Shown here one piece after another: positions 54,601 through 58,252 of a DNA stretch of 58,252 nt. Under the pieces are notes generated by a model. The model did not search any database. It was not told where the DNA came from and was given only the letters and a program-made list of their open reading frames with translations. Position 1 is the stretch's first letter. Each line of letters begins with the position of its first letter. Both the position numbers and the translations under genes were made by a program. The DNA is from Elusimicrobiales bacterium. GTDB taxonomy: Bacteria > Elusimicrobiota > Elusimicrobia > Elusimicrobiales > UBA9959. The DNA lies in contig JBBRDG010000006.1 of NCBI GenBank assembly GCA_038204165.1, forward strand, positions 1 to 58,252. Reading direction: 5' to 3'.

Positions 54601-56366
54601 CAAAACTCCGTTCCCAGGCTCAGGAAGAACCGCCATTGCCGCCGCATCAGCATCTCGGCGGCGGGGTCGCGGCGCCATACCAGGCCGCGCGCCAGCGAGG
54701 CGCGGACCGAACCGACCGGCGAATTCCAGCGAATGCCCACGCCGGGCGACAGGTAAACGTTCGGATCCAGACAAAGAGATCTTCGTCCGGCCATAGCGGC
54801 ATCCAAAAACACTAAAGGCTGCAGGCCGTGCGGCAGCACGTCGCCCATCCTTAGTTCTACGCCGTCGTATACCGCGGTCAGGAGGCCGACCGAGTCGGAC
54901 GGCACGGCGCTGCGCCCGGCCCCGCGCAGGTCGGCGTCGCCGCCCATAAAATAGCGCATATCCAGGGGCAGGCCGCCGGCGGCCGCCACGCTGTTTTTAA
55001 CCAGCGTAGTTTGTGCGCGGTAGCGCGTGGCCAGCACCAGCTGGGGCGGCGCGTAGCCGCCCAGATTCCACAGGTGTTCACCCTGAAGTCCCAGGCTTTG
55101 CGCCGTTATGCCGGAGTAAATCCCAGCCGTCCGCGACCGGGAATCAAAGGAGAGGCGCCAGCCGGTGCGCGGGTCGGCGGCATAGTACTCGAACAAGTGG
55201 CTGGTCAGCTGCAGCCGTGTTTCTAAGACGGCATAGGTGCTGACAGGCCCGAGGCCCCGGACAGTATTAACATACGCCAGCGCCGGCCCCGCTGAGAACT
55301 CGCCGCGAAGCTGCTTGTTGTCCCAGCTGAAGCCCGGCAGCAGGGCCAACTCCGAAGTTAAAGCTTCATACTGGGTCTCGTTCCGGCGTCCGAAGGTAAG
55401 TTTCGGCATCAGGTATAGCCGGGAGGCGGGCCCCGTGAAGTAGCGGAAATAGGCGGCGGCCGTCTGCTCGCGGAAAGAGGCATAGAACGAGGCCTGCGCT
55501 GAATGGCCCCGCGCGCCCAGGCGGGAATTCTGCCACTGCGCCCTGCCCAGGAACAGTCCCTCCGTGTCGAAGCCTATCCCCAGCTTGTACTGCTGCGGCT
55601 TGCCGGCCACAACGTGTTCGCTTACTACCAGACCATCGGTGGAGCAGCTGACGTCGAAGTAGGCGTTAAGCAGCAGCGAGTCGGACATGGTCCGCCGCGC
55701 GGTCAGCTCCAGAAGTCTGGAATCGAAACGCTGGCCGCGCTTGAAGGCCTCGTAACGGTAAAAGATACGTGGATCCACTTCGGCCGTTTTTACCGCGTTG
55801 ATATGGCTGAAGCTGTAAACCTCGCCGGGGCGGACTTCAGCGGAGACCTCGCCGGTAGTTCCGTTGCCCCGTATTTCTATCTCCGGGCAGGCATAGCCCC
55901 GGTTCTGCAGGGCGCCCTGCAGGGCGGCCTTGGCCGCGTCGAGCAGGCCCGGAGTAAGGGTCTGGTTTTTTATCTTGCGCAATTTGCGCTGGTCAATCTC
56001 GGGCGGGAGCCCTTTAACGGTGAAGGCTTTAACCATGGTCTTCATGCCGGGGTCTACTTCAAGGGCCTCCAGGCCCGGGGTAAACTTTGGTTGCTGGTAC
56101 CCCCTCTGCTGTAGAAAGACCTTAAGCATCCTCTCGGCCTGGTTGAAAGGGATCCTGCCCCAGCCCTCGGTGCCGGGATCGCCGCAGATCAGGCGGATCT
56201 CCATCGGGTTCAGGTCCAGCTCTTCCTTTCCTACGAACCGGATCTGGGGACAGGGCCCGGTATTTTTTCCGGCGGCGGCAGGCGCGGCGCACGCGGCCGC
56301 AATTACGCCCAGGCCCGCCAGCACGAGCAGTACAGAAAACATAGCGGGCTTAAATTTTGGGCTCAT
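54600..56366 (-). CDS. TamA/BamA (Omp85) family outer-membrane protein
   Basis: POTRA-like RGY repeats, GFDTEG, RYFMGG..DLRG, GVGIRWNSPVG.VR and FLSLGTEF. Confidence 0.85.
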   Translation of the reverse strand: MSPKFKPAMFSVLLVLAGLGVIAAACAAPAAAGKNTGPCPQIRFVGKEELDLNPMEIRLICGDPGTEGWGRIPFNQAERMLKVFLQQRGYQQPKFTPGLEALEVDPGMKTMVKAFTVKGLPPEIDQRKLRKIKNQTLTPGLLDAAKAALQGALQNRGYACPEIEIRGNGTTGEVSAEVRPGEVYSFSHINAVKTAEVDPRIFYRYEAFKRGQRFDSRLLELTARRTMSDSLLLNAYFDVSCSTDGLVVSEHVVAGKPQQYKLGIGFDTEGLFLGRAQWQNSRLGARGHSAQASFYASFREQTAAAYFRYFTGPASRLYLMPKLTFGRRNETQYEALTSELALLPGFSWDNKQLRGEFSAGPALAYVNTVRGLGPVSTYAVLETRLQLTSHLFEYYAADPRTGWRLSFDSRSRTAGIYSGITAQSLGLQGEHLWNLGGYAPPQLVLATRYRAQTTLVKNSVAAAGGLPLDMRYFMGGDADLRGAGRSAVPSDSVGLLTAVYDGVELRMGDVLPHGLQPLVFLDAAMAGRRSLCLDPNVYLSPGVGIRWNSPVGSVRASLARGLVWRRDPAAEMLMRRQWRFFLSLGTEF

Positions 56367-56379
56367 AAAACAGGCGGGC

Positions 56380-57342
56380 TCATTGCATTTTAATTTTGCA
56401 GTTCTTTTGCATTTCTTCTTTAACCAATTGCGACACTTTCGGGATCAGGATCGCATCTTTCCTCGCTTTAAGCGGCTCATCGCTGTAAAGCTTCCGGTAA
56501 CGCTGCGTGAACTCCGCGCCAAAGAAAAGTATCAGCGATGAATAATTGAGCCACAATAACAGCACCAGCAATGAGCCCGCGGCGCCCAGGGTCGAACCAT
56601 AAGAACTGCTGCCAAGATACAAGCCGATCAGACCTTTGCCGACACTAAACAGCAGCGCCGTGAAGATGGCGCCGTGCCATACATAGCGCCAGCCCAGAAC
56701 GACATCCGGCATAAATTTAAATATCATCGCGAATATTAACGTAAAAGCCGTTAGGGAAACCACGATGTTAACTATTTCAATTACGGGGAGCACTACCGGG
56801 AAATAGGCGCCCAGGTATTTAGTGAGAAACACTATGAGAGCGCTGACAATTAAAGAAACAAGCAGGAGAAACCCCATGATCAGCACCATAGAGAACGCGC
56901 CTGCCCGTGTTTTAATAAGTTGGATGATAGGCTTGCCTGGGCGTTGCTCAACGCCCCATATAATATTGAGCGATTCTTTTAATTCCACAAACACGCCCAT
57001 TGAGCCCAGCAGAATGAGTACAAAGCCGATGATCGTAGCGAACTTACCCGTTGAAGACGACGCAGTGCTCTGGATTAATGATTGTATAACCTCCGCGCCG
57101 CTTTCACCCACAAGTCCCTGGATCTGCAGCACCAGCTCGCCGCGCGCGGCTTTCTCACCAAAGATAAATCCCGCGACCGAAATAGCTATCAACATAAGAG
57201 GGGCAAGTGAGAATAGCGTGTAATACGACAGTGCCGCCGACATCTTAAAAACCTTATCATCCAGCATCTCGCTAAACGTTGCGCCTATGAAGGAGGCTCC
57301 TTCCTGGATCTTTGTGAGAAAGTTCGTTTTTGTTTTTGACAT
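56380..57342 (-). CDS. YihY/virulence factor BrkB family membrane protein
   Basis: AALSYYTLFSLAP, LNIIWG and GAAGSL...LLW..YS...FFGAEF; visibly more AT-rich than its neighbours. Confidence 0.9.
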   Translation of the reverse strand: MSKTKTNFLTKIQEGASFIGATFSEMLDDKVFKMSAALSYYTLFSLAPLMLIAISVAGFIFGEKAARGELVLQIQGLVGESGAEVIQSLIQSTASSSTGKFATIIGFVLILLGSMGVFVELKESLNIIWGVEQRPGKPIIQLIKTRAGAFSMVLIMGFLLLVSLIVSALIVFLTKYLGAYFPVVLPVIEIVNIVVSLTAFTLIFAMIFKFMPDVVLGWRYVWHGAIFTALLFSVGKGLIGLYLGSSSYGSTLGAAGSLLVLLLWLNYSSLILFFGAEFTQRYRKLYSDEPLKARKDAILIPKVSQLVKEEMQKNCKIKMQ

Positions 57343-57403
57343 GCTTTCACCGTCTCTATCTGTAACCCCTGCTACTTCCCCAAGTTATTTGTATCAATAC
57401 AAC

Positions 57404-57448
57404 CCGGCAGGTTTTTCCCGATAAAAACAGGGGAACCTGCCGGTTTTT
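57404..57448. terminator. Hairpin, probable terminator
   Basis: CCGGCAGGTT...AACCTGCCGG followed by a T-run. Confidence 0.45.
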
Positions 57449-57619
57449 TGTACCTTTTGGATTGAGGCACAGACGGGGTTGAGAACTTTCAGGGTATTTT
57501 AAGCTGTTCCATATCAGGCGTATTTGGCCCAAAAACCTCTGTTTTCATGACAGGCCTTAATTGCCTGGAAAGTCCCGAGCTGGCGCCGAATAACTGCTGA
57601 GCGGATTTAGCCTGTCTGC

Positions 57620-58252
57620 TTAGCCGCCTTTCTTGCCGGCGAACTTATATGTGAGGCTCAGCCGGTTCGACGAGCCGAGATCCCCGGCGGAAACAAACGC
57701 GTAGTCTACCGCCAGCGAACGCGTGATAGTGTAGCCAAGGCCCAGGGACAGACCGCCCATGAACCCGAGTTCGGAACCCGGAAAGTCGAACTTGTAGCCG
57801 CCGCGCAGCGCTACGACATTGGCGACCTTATCGACATCGCCGAAAAGATATTCGGTTCCAAGCTGGATGCGGTCTACCCCATTGCTCTGAAGCTCGGTAG
57901 CCGCGGCCAGAAGCCAGCGCTGGTTAGCCTGCCAGCCGGCGCCAAGACGAAGCCCGCTGGTCAGCCCGGCGCCCGCGATGTCGCCGCCGAGCTTGAGGTT
58001 GGAGTAGCTGACGCCGAGGTCGAGCCCGGGCCTTACGGACCAGAGCAGCCCGAGGTCAGCCGAGTAGGTGCTGTATCTTTTGCCGGCTATAGTAGCGCGG
58101 TTTGCCCCGAGAGCCACGCCGCCCGAAATATTGGGAAGCAGCTCCTTGCCCCAGCCCAGGCTGCCGGACATCTCGCTGGCGTTATAGGAGCCGATCGCTT
58201 GGTTGATAGCATCGGTACGGTCGAAGCTTCCATAACCCACGTAGCTCAGCGA
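57620..58252 (-). CDS. PorV/PorQ (UPF0164)-family beta-barrel protein, 3' part
   Basis: ADLG, LGTEY, ALRGGY, GLSLGLG and DYAF...GDLG...RLSL motifs; start lies outside the window. Confidence 0.8.
   Translation of the reverse strand, partial: SLSYVGYGSFDRTDAINQAIGSYNASEMSGSLGWGKELLPNISGGVALGANRATIAGKRYSTYSADLGLLWSVRPGLDLGVSYSNLKLGGDIAGAGLTSGLRLGAGWQANQRWLLAAATELQSNGVDRIQLGTEYLFGDVDKVANVVALRGGYKFDFPGSELGFMGGLSLGLGYTITRSLAVDYAFVSAGDLGSSNRLSLTYKFAGKKGG

Overview
GC-rich bacterial chromosomal window, probably from Elusimicrobiota. This assignment is an inference from the PorV/PorQ-family gene and the style of the secreted proteins. About 1-44 kb is mostly core genome: iorAB, a PLD-family protein, an EamA transporter, an aconitase-aclB-aclA (ATP citrate lyase) operon, a sterol-desaturase-family gene, a GH13 alpha-amylase, M20 and M16 peptidases, rpmB, a homospermidine/putrescine cluster, a degenerate 3-hydroxyacyl-CoA dehydrogenase, and xerD-recA divergent from a lexA-like repressor. 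This part also holds four less ordinary things: (i) a tightly coupled methyltransferase / radical SAM / ATP-grasp / MFS operon that looks like an uncharacterised small-molecule biosynthetic cluster; (ii) two tandem ~1000-aa proline-free coiled-coil proteins; (iii) an intact IS1202-family element with a 16-bp target duplication whose empty site mimics the IS ends; (iv) a non-coding patch at 9.7-10.7 kb with a ~200-nt structured element and two ~100-bp GGGGACAG-type MITEs separating 3' gene fragments. From ~44 kb onward is an accessory surface-protein island: beta-barrel OMP, trimeric autotransporter, two-component system, TamAB-like pair and YihY. It is punctuated by two IS91-like oriIS remnants and a decayed class C group II intron. 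Many genes appear to be leaderless. No tRNA, rRNA or CRISPR array was seen. All calls come from reading motifs by eye; no database searches were run.
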